Source of the DNA: an uncultured Gemmatimonadales bacterium
Lineage (GTDB): Bacteria; Gemmatimonadota; Gemmatimonadetes; Longimicrobiales; Gaopeijiaceae
Reading direction: 5' to 3'
NCBI GenBank assembly: GCA_963823035.1
Contig: CAWGKG010000014.1
Coordinates: 608,001 to 672,000, forward strand
DNA length: 64,000 bases
Part shown: positions 50,101-60,382 of the stretch, piece by piece
Numbering within the stretch: the first letter of the stretch is position 1
Layout: every line of letters begins with the position of its first letter
Translations under genes and position numbers: made by a program
Notes under the pieces: generated by a model
Seen by the model: only the letters and a program-made list of their open reading frames with translations
What the model was told of the DNA's origin: nothing
The model's database searches: none

Positions 50101-50670
50101 CGCAGCATGGCCGCGTCGGATCCGGAGCTCCTCGAGGAGGCGCTGGCCTTCGCCGCCCCGAGCGAGGCCCTCTTCGCCGCCGCGCCGTCCCGCGAGCAGG
50201 TGTGGGGCGGCCGCGCCTACGCCGCGTCCGGATGGACCGGTACGGGCTTCGCGGGCACCACGCTCCTCGGCCGGGGGGTACCTACGGCGGTCTCCTACGC
50301 GGAGAACACCTTCTCGGTGTACGTCCTCTCGGAGCACGGCGCGCTCGGCGGGCTGGCGGTGCTGGCGACCTACCTCGCGCTCCTCGTCGTCGTGGGCGTG
50401 TGGGTCTTCCGGGTGAGGACGACCGTGCAAGATGCGGCGGCCGGGAGGGCGGTCCTCGCCATGACGGTCGGTGGCGTGCTCTGGCTCACGATCCCCGCGG
50501 CCTACGTGGCCGCGTCGAATCTGGGGCTGGTGCCGCTCACCGGTCAGAACATGCCCTTCCTCGGCCTGAACTCGTGGGCCGACGTGGTGCTCGTGAGCGG
50601 GCTGGCCACGGGCATCGTGCTCGCGCTCGCCACGCTGGACGCGCCGACGTCGGAAGGGAGGGCCTCATGA
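47200..50670 (+). CDS. giant divergent SEDS (FtsW/RodA/SpoVE-like) membrane protein, 1156 aa
   Basis: C-terminal DFGLGLVF, GWTGTGF, FSVYVLSEHGALGG, NLGLVPLTGQNMPFLG parallel SEDS DLG / GGxxGxG / EExG / GLLPxTGxxLPFxS; about 360 aa soluble insert after 3 TMs. Confidence 0.8.
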   Translation: MDAREGGAAEGGGRSLPRAFWIGTVVVAITLVYLARVRPSWPWFSLWVFALLALLGILSLPAVRRALNLSWFGVTLLVLTGTACFDLYLFQVEAHRQRSERLEVRGVYFAPETEPIRVGVGRRDLDVRLEGALTDFDRWSVDVRRLDATRFVVVRPYQVDMLRVRAPSGWWPPRAAGTVPALGARLGGGTPPVPTGGEGEAGLELRLVPQGLRGALAWGPGTADLSVADPLLDRRLSSGLSRGIPLAELDWDTLPDPERAADLVLTRTGRGRSLGRLRLRLPSYRIVSRADGDAWAEGTGAVLSPGDTLWVTSRGKTWAFGVDLVPGVSRVAAPVAITFVRRPRPSGWALPSTEACGSTADRCAVISTRPLPPPQPHFDLSGFGLDTARYAVLARLESNGSGVRIVGAHTAATIPYGTVHPLPALTQGGRAPDAGILLAVSREDQGRQSAVLLTVLTLYLMVIGALVVLSGDLRLWERRKEEASPHVTAAWAFLNVFFLFLGIRLALGLRVAYTPPFYERAAATAVGLWVTFAVMLVALGRWSAWAPRFWRLVGRVERPLSGLFLPRLRGPAPGAGGSGPAPAGVDPPSTEPVVDAATRKRARLRTFAGLVLFLASLGVVLWQRPEAASGLVVAVVGLGAWLAMGIARAGSVTSMDRAPMDVVTDHPQAGRASASYAVAAGAAAVLALAIHAPELALAPVLALLALFAVNLLAGWTGWAETPLRRAWILFVATLAMAAVGAYAFSPWPLWTLGSLGVVAAGLALWLSGRREGAERRIVLRYRDLTEFGRGVFSGVGWIGVLGVLGVLVFLDTREIPPFVRFALVFMLFLLAIRAGLACHRVLESTAEGARVKGRIEALGLLVIPLGVLLVFMLFDFGLGLVFFAPMFVTVLLAARIDRLPASLALASLALVAGVGAVAWSVLEPSLSALRSAPDIPTFSREYQDVGNPLIDGLRVAGLSGPITRATVRSMAASDPELLEEALAFAAPSEALFAAAPSREQVWGGRAYAASGWTGTGFAGTTLLGRGVPTAVSYAENTFSVYVLSEHGALGGLAVLATYLALLVVVGVWVFRVRTTVQDAAAGRAVLAMTVGGVLWLTIPAAYVAASNLGLVPLTGQNMPFLGLNSWADVVLVSGLATGIVLALATLDAPTSEGRAS

Positions 50671-52985
50671 AGCGCCTCGGTGGAGGTCTCGTCTGGATCG
50701 TGGGGTCACTGCTCGTCCTCACCGCGGTGGGACTCGGAGCCGTCGCCCTGGACACCGTCCGCGCTTCCGGCGACGCCGCGATGCGGCCAGGGCTCGACTA
50801 CCATGTCTTCCTCTCCTCCCTCGACGACCTCCTGCGTGAGGCCGGGGACACCACCCTCGTGCGCTTCGAGGTCGTGAAGGAGCGCCTACCGGACGGAACA
50901 CGCGTCTCGTGGGATACGCTCGTGGTCGTGGCCGACACGGTCGCCTTCCCCTCCTTCCGGCCCGCCGGGTTCCTGAGGGACCAGGCGGACGCCTACAACG
51001 CCTTCCAACGGGAGCGGATCGCCATCGCGCGCGAGCGGCCCGACTGGTTCTACCGTCTCGAGCCGCACAACCCGTCCGTCTTCCGATCCCGACGAACGGG
51101 CGACGACGTGCCCGGGCTCACGCGATCGAGCGCCGCATGGAGCCTCCGCGTCCGGTCCCCCGCGGAGGAGGAATGGAACGGGGAGATCCGGGCCCGAGAC
51201 GTGCATCGGGGCAACGGGCTCATGGGGCCCAAAGGCACCATCCCACTCCGCCGACCCGTGCGCCTCACCCGGCGCGTCGACGGACGCCGTCAGGTCTGCG
51301 AGTTCTCCCCCGACGGGCTGGACGTGCGGGCCTACTGCCGTTCGGAGGAGCGCATCCCGCAGGCGATCCTGCGCATGGCCGCCGAGCCCGACCGCGATGG
51401 TTCGGTGCTGGCGGGATGGAGCGACCTGTGGGTGGACGGAGCCCGCGTGTCGTCGGGCGATTCGGTGCCGCTGTCGTTCGGGTCCGTGCTGGGGATCGAT
51501 CCGTTGGAGCCGGTCGTGTACGGGGAGTTCTGGGAAGGCGTCCTCTCGAGCAAGCAGTGGATCAGCGGACGCATGCGCCGGCGCAGCGCGTTCGCACCGC
51601 CCCTCGACCTGTTCTCGGAGCTCGGGAACCGACCGGCGGGCACCGGACCGCGGCCATCGAGCACGGCCTCGGTCCAGCTCGGCGTGGACGCGGCCGCCAG
51701 CGAGGACCTGACCGAACGGCTGGGCGCCTACCTGGACGGGCTGCCCCTCCCGGTGGACTTCGCCGTCCTGGTCGTGGGACGCATCCCGGACGGGGAGATC
51801 CTCGCACTCGCGGAGGTCGGCAACCGAAGGAGTCCCGGGCGGAGCAACCTCCTGGAGCGCGTCACGCCCGGTTCCGCGGTCAAGCCGCTCCTGGCCGCAG
51901 CGGTGCTGAGCCGCCGTCCGGAGCTCGCGACCCTGGAGATCCCCGCTCGAAGGGGAAGCGTGCGCAGCGTGCTGGGGCTCCCGCCCGTGCCGGCGCGCAG
52001 GGCGTTCGACACGGAACTCAACTGCGCGCCGCCCGCCGACGGATGGGTGAACCTGACCTACTTCCTCCGATGCTCGAACAACGAGTACGCCGCATCCCTG
52101 ATCGTGGCGGGGCTGTGGGGGGGCGATCGGCTCCAGGCTTCGTCGACGGGGGGTCGGTTCCGCCTCGGCGGGCGTGAGCGGACCGGCCTACGTCCCGACC
52201 TCCCGCTCGACGGCGGCGAGGTCCCGCGGTCCGCGCTCCTACGCAGCGACCTCTCCGAGGGGCTGAGCGATCTCTTCGACGTGGCCACCGACCCGACCAT
52301 CTCGGACGAGGTCGGCCGGAGCCCGCGCGTCTGGGCCGGCATGACGTACTCCGACGGCACGCCGCTCGACGTGCCCTACGAGCTCCTCCCCACGGAGTCC
52401 CGCCCCGCACTGCTGTCCCCCTCGCATCCTCGCGGAACGGACCTCGGCCTTCTCTACCGGTACGCGTTCGGGGCGTGGGAGAACGGGTGGAGCATCCTCG
52501 ATCTCACGAACGGATTCGCCAGGGTGGTGACGGACCAACGCATCCAGCTCGGCTTCGCGCGGGCGAGGGGCGAGGAGGCGGACTCCACGGAGCTCGACCC
52601 CATGGGTTTGCGCGGCCAGGACTGGTACCGCCCCTTCCTGCAGGGGCTGCGGGGCGTCGCTGTGGACGGCACCGCGCGCGGCCTCGCCGATGCCTGGGGC
52701 GACGAGGGCCTCCCGCACGGCCTCTTCGTCAAGACGGGAACGCTCGCCGAGCCCGGCGAGACGGGGCGCGCGGACGACCTCTACCTCAAGTCGCTCCTCT
52801 TCGCCGTGGGCGAGGAGGCCGACCCGCGGGACGGTCGGCTCCGCTGCGGGCTGGTGGGTGGCCTCTACGTGCGCTTCCGGGAAGGACCCGCCCGGGGCAG
52901 CCTCCCGTCCTACCAGGTGGACTTCGCGCGCCGGGAGCTGGGCGCCTGGCTGAAGGCGCACTGGGAGGAATTCGGGGGGTGCTGA
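50667..52985 (+). CDS. divergent penicillin-binding transpeptidase-domain protein (class B-like), 772 aa
   Basis: N-terminal TM anchor; PGSAVKP (SxxK, Ser codon 51873), CSNN (SxN, 52074), KTGT (52731); ATGA overlap with the SEDS gene. Confidence 0.82.
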   Translation: MKRLGGGLVWIVGSLLVLTAVGLGAVALDTVRASGDAAMRPGLDYHVFLSSLDDLLREAGDTTLVRFEVVKERLPDGTRVSWDTLVVVADTVAFPSFRPAGFLRDQADAYNAFQRERIAIARERPDWFYRLEPHNPSVFRSRRTGDDVPGLTRSSAAWSLRVRSPAEEEWNGEIRARDVHRGNGLMGPKGTIPLRRPVRLTRRVDGRRQVCEFSPDGLDVRAYCRSEERIPQAILRMAAEPDRDGSVLAGWSDLWVDGARVSSGDSVPLSFGSVLGIDPLEPVVYGEFWEGVLSSKQWISGRMRRRSAFAPPLDLFSELGNRPAGTGPRPSSTASVQLGVDAAASEDLTERLGAYLDGLPLPVDFAVLVVGRIPDGEILALAEVGNRRSPGRSNLLERVTPGSAVKPLLAAAVLSRRPELATLEIPARRGSVRSVLGLPPVPARRAFDTELNCAPPADGWVNLTYFLRCSNNEYAASLIVAGLWGGDRLQASSTGGRFRLGGRERTGLRPDLPLDGGEVPRSALLRSDLSEGLSDLFDVATDPTISDEVGRSPRVWAGMTYSDGTPLDVPYELLPTESRPALLSPSHPRGTDLGLLYRYAFGAWENGWSILDLTNGFARVVTDQRIQLGFARARGEEADSTELDPMGLRGQDWYRPFLQGLRGVAVDGTARGLADAWGDEGLPHGLFVKTGTLAEPGETGRADDLYLKSLLFAVGEEADPRDGRLRCGLVGGLYVRFREGPARGSLPSYQVDFARRELGAWLKAHWEEFGGC

Positions 52986-53057
52986 GGGCCGGGTCGGCCT
53001 CCTGGGCCCAGGGTGCGGACCCACGTGTCGCGCCCTCGACCGTGCGCGCGCCCGACC

Positions 53058-56000
53058 TCAGCGCTCCTCCAACGCCTTCCTCACGCTCTCCGCGAGGGCG
53101 TTGGTGGTGAACGGCTTCCGGATGAAGTGGATCCCCTCCGTCAGGATTCCCTGATTCGCGATGACATCGGCCGTGTATCCGGACATATAGAGGCACTTCA
53201 CGGCGGGAATCACGGCGCCGATCTGCTCGGCCAACCTCCGGCCGTTCATCTCCGGCATCACGACGTCGGTGACCAGGAGGTCGATCTCTCCGGAGTGCCG
53301 CTCGGAGAGGAGAAGTGCCTCCCGCGGAGTGCCGGCCGCAAGGACCCTGTAGCCCAGCCTCTCCAGCATGATCCTGACCAGCCTGAGAATCGCTGCCTCG
53401 TCCTCGACCAGGAGCACGGTCTCGCCACGACCGCTCGGGCGGCTCTCACCCAGGGACCCGGGATCGTCCTCCACCTGGCCATGGTGTCGCGGCAGGTACA
53501 CGCTGAACGTCGCTCCCTCTCCGACCTTGCTGTGCACGCCGACGAAGCCGCCGTTCTGCTGCACGACGCCATAGACGGTGGCCAACCCCAGACCCGTGCC
53601 CCGGCCCAGCTCCTTCGTGGTGAAGAACGGCTCGAAGATCTGCTCGCGGATCCCTTCTTCCATCCCATGTCCGTCGTCCGTGATCGCCCACATCACCCAG
53701 TCACCGACCCGACGCTCCGGATGGCCGGCACACGCCGACGCGTCGAAGGTGACGTTCCTGGTCTCGAGCGTGACGGTGCCCACGTCGGCGATGGCGTCCC
53801 TGGCATTCACGCCCAGGTTCGCGAGAACCTGGTCGATCTGGCTGCCATCGACCCACACCGGCCACAGGTCGTCGCCCGGCCTCCACACCAGGCTGATGTT
53901 CTCGCCCAGGAGCGTACCGAGCATCTTGAGCATGCCCGTGGTCGTGTCGTTGAGGTCCAGCACCCGGGGGACCACGGTCTGCATGCGGGCGAACGCCAGG
54001 AGCTGTCGCGTCAGGTCGGCGGAGCGCCGGCCCGCCTGCTGGATCTCCTCGAGATCGGCGTAGATGTCGTCCGAAGGATCCAGCGCGTCCAGCGCGAACT
54101 CGGTGCGCGCGAGGATCACGCTCAGCATGTTGTTGAAGTCGTGGGCCACGCCTCCCGCCAACCTGCCCACGGACTCCAGCTTCTGAGCCTGGTGGAACTG
54201 TTCCTGGAGCTTCTCCTGCTCCTCCTCGCGGCGCTTTCGTTCGGTGATGTCCGTGTGTTGGATGATGACGCGGCTCAACGCCCCGTCCGCGTCGAAGATC
54301 GGATAGGCCCAGTTGTAGAACCAGACCTTCTTGCGCTCCTTCACCTCGATGCCCTGCGATTCGGCCGCCACGCCGATGTCGAAGTGGATCTCCCACTCGT
54401 CCGTCTTCCCCTCGCGGAACACCCTCTCCAGGTGGGGAGTGACGCCGCCCCGTCTGAGGGCCTCGTCCCGGAAGATGTTGTAGACCTTGCCCTCGATGTG
54501 CTCCGGCTCGACCCCGAAGATCTCGCTGAGCTTCGGGTTGATCCGCTCGCACCAACCATCCTTGTCCAGGATCTGTGTGCTCACGGAGGACTGGGCGAAC
54601 ATCTGTTCGAAGAAGATGTCCTGCCGGCGGAGTTCCTCCTCCGCCTGCTTCCCCTGCGTGATGTCTCGAACGGTGGCGATGGCGCCGATGACCCCACCTT
54701 CCGCGTCCCGGAGCGGGGCGATCGAAGCCGAAGTCCACCCGGAGTGGCCCGGAGCGCGCAGGGGAATCCGAGCTTCGATGGCGTCCGTGGCGTGGCCGTC
54801 GAGGGCCCGGCCGAGAAGCGCCAGCATTCCGCTCTCCTCCAAGAAGGGAAAGACCTCCGTCGGATGCCGACCCAGGACCGCGGAAGCCGGAACTCCGGTC
54901 AACCTCTCCATGAAGGGGTTCCAGATCCGATGGCGGAGGGACTGGTCCAGCACGATGATGCCTTCCTGCGTGCTCTCGATCACCCCCTGCAGGAGCTGGT
55001 GCTGTTCGCGGAGGGCTCGCCGGGCGTCGATGCGCGCCGTGATGTCCTGGATGGTCCCGACCATCTGCCGGACCTCGCCGTCCGCATCGACCACCAACTC
55101 CCCGAGGCCATGGACCCAACGCTCTTCCCCGTCGTTGGCCCTGAGGATCCGATACTCCTTGTCGAAGGCGTTCCTCTCGGCCAGGACGTGGGATCGCAGG
55201 TAGGCGCGCAACTCCTCACGCTGGTCCGGGTGGACGATCCGCGCCCATCCCTCGATGTCCCTGGAGTACGGCACGCCGGCGATTCCGAGGACGTGGTCCA
55301 ACTCCTCGGAGCCGGTCCAGGTCCCCGTCCCGACGTCCAGGACGAAGGATCCCATGTGCGCGACCTGCTGGGAGAACCTGAGCTGGTCGGTGCGCGCCGC
55401 GAGGGCCTGTTCCGCCCGTTTGCGGGCGGTGACGTCGGTGAGGAAACCGTCCCAGAGAACCCCCCCATCCGGCAGAGCCGTGGGGGTGGACCGGGCCTCG
55501 ATCCAGAGGGTCTCCCCGTCTCTCAGCCAACGGCTCTCGACGTGGTACGTCTCCATCGCGGCCGCCGACCGCAGGACACCGTCACGAAAGGACTGCTCGT
55601 CCTCGGGGTGGATCATCCGCAGGAGGACCGACGCATCCTCCTTGATCTCGCTGGGCCGAACCCCGGCGAGCTCCAGGACCTGATCGGTGATGTCGGGAAA
55701 GGTGAACGACCCGTCGGGGCCCATCCGGAACTGGAAGAAGACCGCCGGTGCGTTCTTCGTCAGACGCTCGTAGCGGGCATCGCTCGCCTGCAGCGCGTCG
55801 GTCCTCTCCGCCAGAAGCGCCTCCGTCCACCGGAGGTCGCGCACCCTCCTGGCCCGAGCCACCGTCTCCATCAGACGGTGGCCCTCGAAGGGCTTGACCA
55901 GGTGTGCCGCCGCCCCCTCCCCCATCCATTTCACGACCCGTGCCGGGGTCGCCTCCGTCGTCGTCACGAGGCAGAGGCAGCGGGGCTGTAGCCCGCGTAG

Positions 56001-56618
56001 CCCGGTCAGGAGGGTCGGGCTGTCGCCGTCGGCGAGGTGACCGTCCACGACGGCCAGATCGAAGGCGTCGGCGCGCAAGCGCTCCGTGGCCGCCCCGGCG
56101 GAGCGTACCGCATCGACGTGATACCCATGCTTCACCAGGGTCGCGGACATGGAGTCCACCAGGCGTTCGTCGTCCGAGACGATGAGCGCACGGAGCCGGG
56201 GGCGACGCCGCTCCCCGGCGAGAAGCTCCCGAACCCGCGCGAGAAAGCCCTCCCTCTCCATCGAAGCCGGGAGCACCGCGTCGGCCCCGAGGTCCTCGGT
56301 GACGCGACCGAGCCCGTCGTCCGCGAGGGCTCTGGAGATCACGACGATGCGGCACGTCTCGAAGGCCGCGAAATCCTCGGAGCGCAGGAGTTGGCAAAGC
56401 TGCCAGCCGTCGATGTCCGGGAGGTCGAGATCGGTGAGGATGAGGTCGGGAGGCGTCCGTCCCCACATGGCCTCGAGGGCTTCCAACGCCCCATGGAAGA
56501 CCCGAACGCTCAGCCCGGCCTCCTCCAGCCAGCCTGCGAGGGTCGCGCCCCGCGTGGCGTCGCGTTGGACGATGGCGGCCGTGGCCAGAGGTCCAGAACC
56601 GCCCTGCATCCCACCCAT
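53058..56618 (-). CDS. hybrid sensor histidine kinase: REC-REC-PASx4-HisKA-HATPase-REC
   Basis: [29 protein letters not shown] motifs, [37 protein letters not shown]. Confidence 0.92.
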   Translation of the reverse strand: MGGMQGGSGPLATAAIVQRDATRGATLAGWLEEAGLSVRVFHGALEALEAMWGRTPPDLILTDLDLPDIDGWQLCQLLRSEDFAAFETCRIVVISRALADDGLGRVTEDLGADAVLPASMEREGFLARVRELLAGERRRPRLRALIVSDDERLVDSMSATLVKHGYHVDAVRSAGAATERLRADAFDLAVVDGHLADGDSPTLLTGLRGLQPRCLCLVTTTEATPARVVKWMGEGAAAHLVKPFEGHRLMETVARARRVRDLRWTEALLAERTDALQASDARYERLTKNAPAVFFQFRMGPDGSFTFPDITDQVLELAGVRPSEIKEDASVLLRMIHPEDEQSFRDGVLRSAAAMETYHVESRWLRDGETLWIEARSTPTALPDGGVLWDGFLTDVTARKRAEQALAARTDQLRFSQQVAHMGSFVLDVGTGTWTGSEELDHVLGIAGVPYSRDIEGWARIVHPDQREELRAYLRSHVLAERNAFDKEYRILRANDGEERWVHGLGELVVDADGEVRQMVGTIQDITARIDARRALREQHQLLQGVIESTQEGIIVLDQSLRHRIWNPFMERLTGVPASAVLGRHPTEVFPFLEESGMLALLGRALDGHATDAIEARIPLRAPGHSGWTSASIAPLRDAEGGVIGAIATVRDITQGKQAEEELRRQDIFFEQMFAQSSVSTQILDKDGWCERINPKLSEIFGVEPEHIEGKVYNIFRDEALRRGGVTPHLERVFREGKTDEWEIHFDIGVAAESQGIEVKERKKVWFYNWAYPIFDADGALSRVIIQHTDITERKRREEEQEKLQEQFHQAQKLESVGRLAGGVAHDFNNMLSVILARTEFALDALDPSDDIYADLEEIQQAGRRSADLTRQLLAFARMQTVVPRVLDLNDTTTGMLKMLGTLLGENISLVWRPGDDLWPVWVDGSQIDQVLANLGVNARDAIADVGTVTLETRNVTFDASACAGHPERRVGDWVMWAITDDGHGMEEGIREQIFEPFFTTKELGRGTGLGLATVYGVVQQNGGFVGVHSKVGEGATFSVYLPRHHGQVEDDPGSLGESRPSGRGETVLLVEDEAAILRLVRIMLERLGYRVLAAGTPREALLLSERHSGEIDLLVTDVVMPEMNGRRLAEQIGAVIPAVKCLYMSGYTADVIANQGILTEGIHFIRKPFTTNALAESVRKALEER

Positions 56619-56784
56619 GGTCGGTCTCCTCACTCCGGCTCCGCTCGGAAGCCTGAAGGTACCCGCGCCCGCTACCGCCGTGCAACCGCCCGGAAGGGCG
56701 GGCATTCGACGGACCCAGGTGGCCATGATAGAGTCCATGGACGGTACCGGTACCGTCCGGGTCACACCCCCCAAGGCTGCGCTG

Positions 56785-58754
56785 ATGTCGCTCCCCCTAT
56801 CCTCGACGCCTCCCACCGGAGAGTTGATCGCTCTCGCGTCCCTTTGCCACGACTTGGGCGTCTTCACCGAATACGTCGACGGACTCCATCGGCCGGTCAC
56901 GGTATCGCCGGAGACCCTGGTCCGGGTATGCGCTGCGTTGGGCGCCGAGATCTCCCGCCCGGCGGATGCCGCCGAGGCGCTGAGGGCCTACGGGGCGGCA
57001 CGCGCCGGGTCGCTTCCCACGGTGCTCGTGGCGTGGGACGGAAAGCTCGCCCCCTTCGTCGTGGAGGCGGCGCGGCCCCGTCCGGGCCGAGCTCCACCTC
57101 GAAGGGGACGGCACGATCTTCCTGGAGGTCGAGGGGTCGGAGGTGCGCGCTTCGGCGCCCCTCCCCTTCGGTTACCATCGCCTGACCGTGGAGGCGGACG
57201 GAACGGACCACGCCATCACCGTCATCGCGGCGCCCACGGAAGCGTCGCGACGTCCGCGGCTCCACGGGGCGCTCGTGGGGGGTGGGCACGCACCTGGGGG
57301 CGCTTCGATCCACCCGCAGCCGCGCGCTCGGAGACCTGCGGGACCTCGAGACGCTCTGCCACTGGGTGGGCGCGCGCGGGGGCGACCTGGTCACGGTCCT
57401 CCCCCTCCTCCCCACCTTCAACCAGGCACCCGCCGAGCCCAGCCCCTACTCCCCGGTGAGCCGCCTCTTCTGGAGCGAGCTCGTGCTGGACCTGGGCGCC
57501 GGACACCGCCCCGTGCCGCCGCCGTCCACGCTGGACGTGACGCGGGCCGACCTCGAGGTGCGCGCGGCCCTCGCGCACCTGCCCGCGCCCGACCGGGCGG
57601 CGCTGGACACGGAGCTGCTTCGCTACGCCCGGTTCCGCGGCGCCCAGGCGCGCCTCGGGCGCAACTGGCGGGACTGGCCCGAAGGCCCACGAGCCGGGCG
57701 GCTCGCTCCTTCGGACGTCGACCTGGAGGAGGAGCGCTTCCACCTGGTGGCCCAGACCCGGGCCCGCGAGCAGCTCGGCGGGCTCCTGCGCCGCCTGAGG
57801 GACGACGGCGTCCGGGTGGGGCTGGACCTGGCCGTGGGCGTGCACCCGGACGGATACGACCCCTGGTCGCGGCAGACGCTGTTCGCCGGTGGCATGTCCG
57901 TGGGGGCGCCTCCCGACCCTGGCTTTCCCAGCGGCCAGGACTGGGGCTTCATGCCGGTGCTTCCGGAGGCGTCCCGGCGTGAGGGACACGGGTACGTCGC
58001 GGCCAGCATCGCGCACCAGGCGAGCCTCGCGGGCGTGCTGCGCGTCGACCACATCATGGCGCTGCAGCGACTGTACTGGATCCCCCACGGGCTCGGGCTC
58101 CACGAGGGCACGTACGTGCGCTACCCGGCCGAGGAGCTGTTCGCGGTGCTGACGCTGGAGTCGCACCGCCACCACTGCGAGATCATCGGGGAGAACCTGG
58201 GGACGGTCCCTCCGGAGATCGACCAAGCCCTCCTCCGCCACCGCATCTGGGGGATGTTCCTGGCCCAGTTCCAGGCGATGGGCGAGATGCCCACGCCTCC
58301 CACGGAGCGGCAGGTGGCCCTCATCGGAACCCACGACACGCCGACGCTGGCCGGTTGGGTGGCGGGCGTCGATATCGACGAGCGCGTGCGCTGTGGCCTC
58401 CTCGAGGCGGAAGCGGCGCCCGCGGAGCGGGAGGCGCGCGCGGCGGGCGCCGAGCGGCTGGCGGAGCTGCTGGGCGCGGACCTGGAGGATCTTCCGGCGC
58501 TCCTCGGCGAGCTCCTGCAGTGGCTCGGCGATTCGCCCAGCCCCCTCGTGATCCCCTGGCTCGAGGACCTCTGGCTCGAAGCCGACCAGGTGAACCTCCC
58601 GGGGACGCGCTCCTCCGAGCGCCCGAATTGGCAACGACCCATGGCCCGGCTCCTGGACGAGGCCCTGGCGGACCCCGACGTCGACGCGCTGGCCCGACGT
58701 CTGCAGGAAGCCCGCACGGCCGTCGCGACGGGCCCGGCACCCCAAGACACCTGA
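56785..58754 (+). CDS. malQ: 4-alpha-glucanotransferase, GH77 (frameshifts near 57075 and 57270)
   Basis: [56 protein letters not shown]. Confidence 0.88.
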
Positions 58755-58784
58755 GACTGCGCTCCATGGAACAGAAACCCCGAG

Positions 58785-60371
58785 GTGCAACGGCGCCCCG
58801 CGACACGGCCCACGGGCCCCTGCAAGACGGCGTCCGAGGGTCTGCGCCCCAAGCCCCGGCTCTCCTTCTGGGAGATCTGGACCATGAGCTTCGGGTTCCT
58901 CGGGATCCAGTTCGGCTTCGCGCTCCAGAACGCCAACGTGAGCCGCATCTTCGAGACGCTGGGCGCCAGCGTGGAGGACATCCCCATCCTGTGGATCGCG
59001 GCGCCGGTGACGGGCCTCGTGGTGCAGCCCATCATCGGGTACTTCAGCGACCGGACGTGGAACCGGCTGGGTCGTAGGCGCCCCTACTTCCTGGGTGGCG
59101 CCCTCCTGGCGTCGGCGGCGCTCGTCTTCATGCCCAACTCACCCGCGCTGTGGATCGCGGCCGGCACGCTGTGGATCATGGACGCGTCCATCAACATCTC
59201 GATGGAGCCGTTCCGCGCCTTCGTCGGCGACAACCTGCCGTCGGCTCAGCGGACTACGGGCTTCGCGATGCAGAGCTTCTTCATCGGCACCGGCGCCGTG
59301 GTGGCGTCGGTCATGCCGTGGGTGCTCACCGAGCAGTTCGGCGTCAGCAACGAGGCGCCCCGCGGCCAGATCCCGGACTCCGTCCGCCTCTCCTTCTACC
59401 TGGGCGCCGCCGTCTTCTTCGTGGCGGTCCTGTGGACGGTGATCCGGTCGTTCGAGTACTCGCCCGAGGAGATGTCCTCCTTCATCGAGAACCAGGAGCG
59501 GGAGGGGTTCGTCAAGGAAGCCCGCACCCGGGCGGAATACGCCGCGCACGGCACCGGCCAGATCCGCATGGGCGCGGTCTTCCTCGCGGCGGGTATCCTG
59601 CTTTCGCTCTGGCTGGCCCGGGCCGGGGTCTATCAGGTGATCGTGCTCTCGGCCGGCCTCGCCTTCGCCGGCGTCCTCCTCGTCGCCTCCGGCCTCATGC
59701 AGCGGGGCGGCCGGTACGACAACGGCTTCGTCACCATCCTCAACGACTTCCAGGACATGCCCCGCACCATGCGCCAACTGGCGTGGGTGCAGTTCTTCTC
59801 GTGGTTCGCGCTGTTCGCCATGTGGATCTACACCACGGCGGCCGTGACCACCCACGTCTACGGCACCCACGACACCGCCTCGGCGCTCTACAACGAAGGC
59901 GCCAACTGGGTGGGCGTGTGCTTCGGCGCCTACAACGGGATCGCCGCGGTCGTGGCGTTCATGATCCCGGTCCTGGCCAGACGCACGAGCCGCAAGGTCG
60001 CCCACATGCTGTGCCTCCTGGCCGGGGCGGCCGGACTCCTCTCGATCTTCGTGATCAAGGAGCCCCTGCTGCTCCTGGGCTCGATGGTCGGCGTGGGGAT
60101 CGCGTGGGCCAGCATCCTGTCCATGCCGTACGCCATCCTCACGGGATCGCTGCCGCCGTCGAAGATGGGCTACTACATGGGCGTCTTCAATTTCTTCATC
60201 GTCATCCCACAGATCGTCGCCGCCGCCATCCTGGGCTTCGTCGTCGGCCGCGTCTTCGGGGGCGAGGCCATCTACGCGCTCCTCGTCGGGGGGATCTCCC
60301 TCGTGGTCGCGGCCGCGCTCACGCTGCGGGTCGAAGACCACGACGACGTGGCGGCGGCGCTCAACGTCTGA
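58785..60371 (+). CDS. MFS maltose/sucrose-type transporter (SLC45-like)
   Basis: [53 protein letters not shown]; start may be ATG 58766 with an indel. Confidence 0.92.
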   Translation: MQRRPATRPTGPCKTASEGLRPKPRLSFWEIWTMSFGFLGIQFGFALQNANVSRIFETLGASVEDIPILWIAAPVTGLVVQPIIGYFSDRTWNRLGRRRPYFLGGALLASAALVFMPNSPALWIAAGTLWIMDASINISMEPFRAFVGDNLPSAQRTTGFAMQSFFIGTGAVVASVMPWVLTEQFGVSNEAPRGQIPDSVRLSFYLGAAVFFVAVLWTVIRSFEYSPEEMSSFIENQEREGFVKEARTRAEYAAHGTGQIRMGAVFLAAGILLSLWLARAGVYQVIVLSAGLAFAGVLLVASGLMQRGGRYDNGFVTILNDFQDMPRTMRQLAWVQFFSWFALFAMWIYTTAAVTTHVYGTHDTASALYNEGANWVGVCFGAYNGIAAVVAFMIPVLARRTSRKVAHMLCLLAGAAGLLSIFVIKEPLLLLGSMVGVGIAWASILSMPYAILTGSLPPSKMGYYMGVFNFFIVIPQIVAAAILGFVVGRVFGGEAIYALLVGGISLVVAAALTLRVEDHDDVAAALNV

Positions 60372-60382
60372 GAGGGCGTACC

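Noticed and set aside
47089..50430. 1113-aa minus-strand ORF (and similar ORFs at 41855-44698 and 53013-55991)
   Set aside because: Antisense to well-supported genes, with no independent coding signal
48669..50666. Apparent 1438-aa protein or SEDS-PBP fusion
   Set aside because: The N-terminal 666 codons are an off-frame read of the SEDS gene; the real start is ATG 50667 with an RBS and TM anchor
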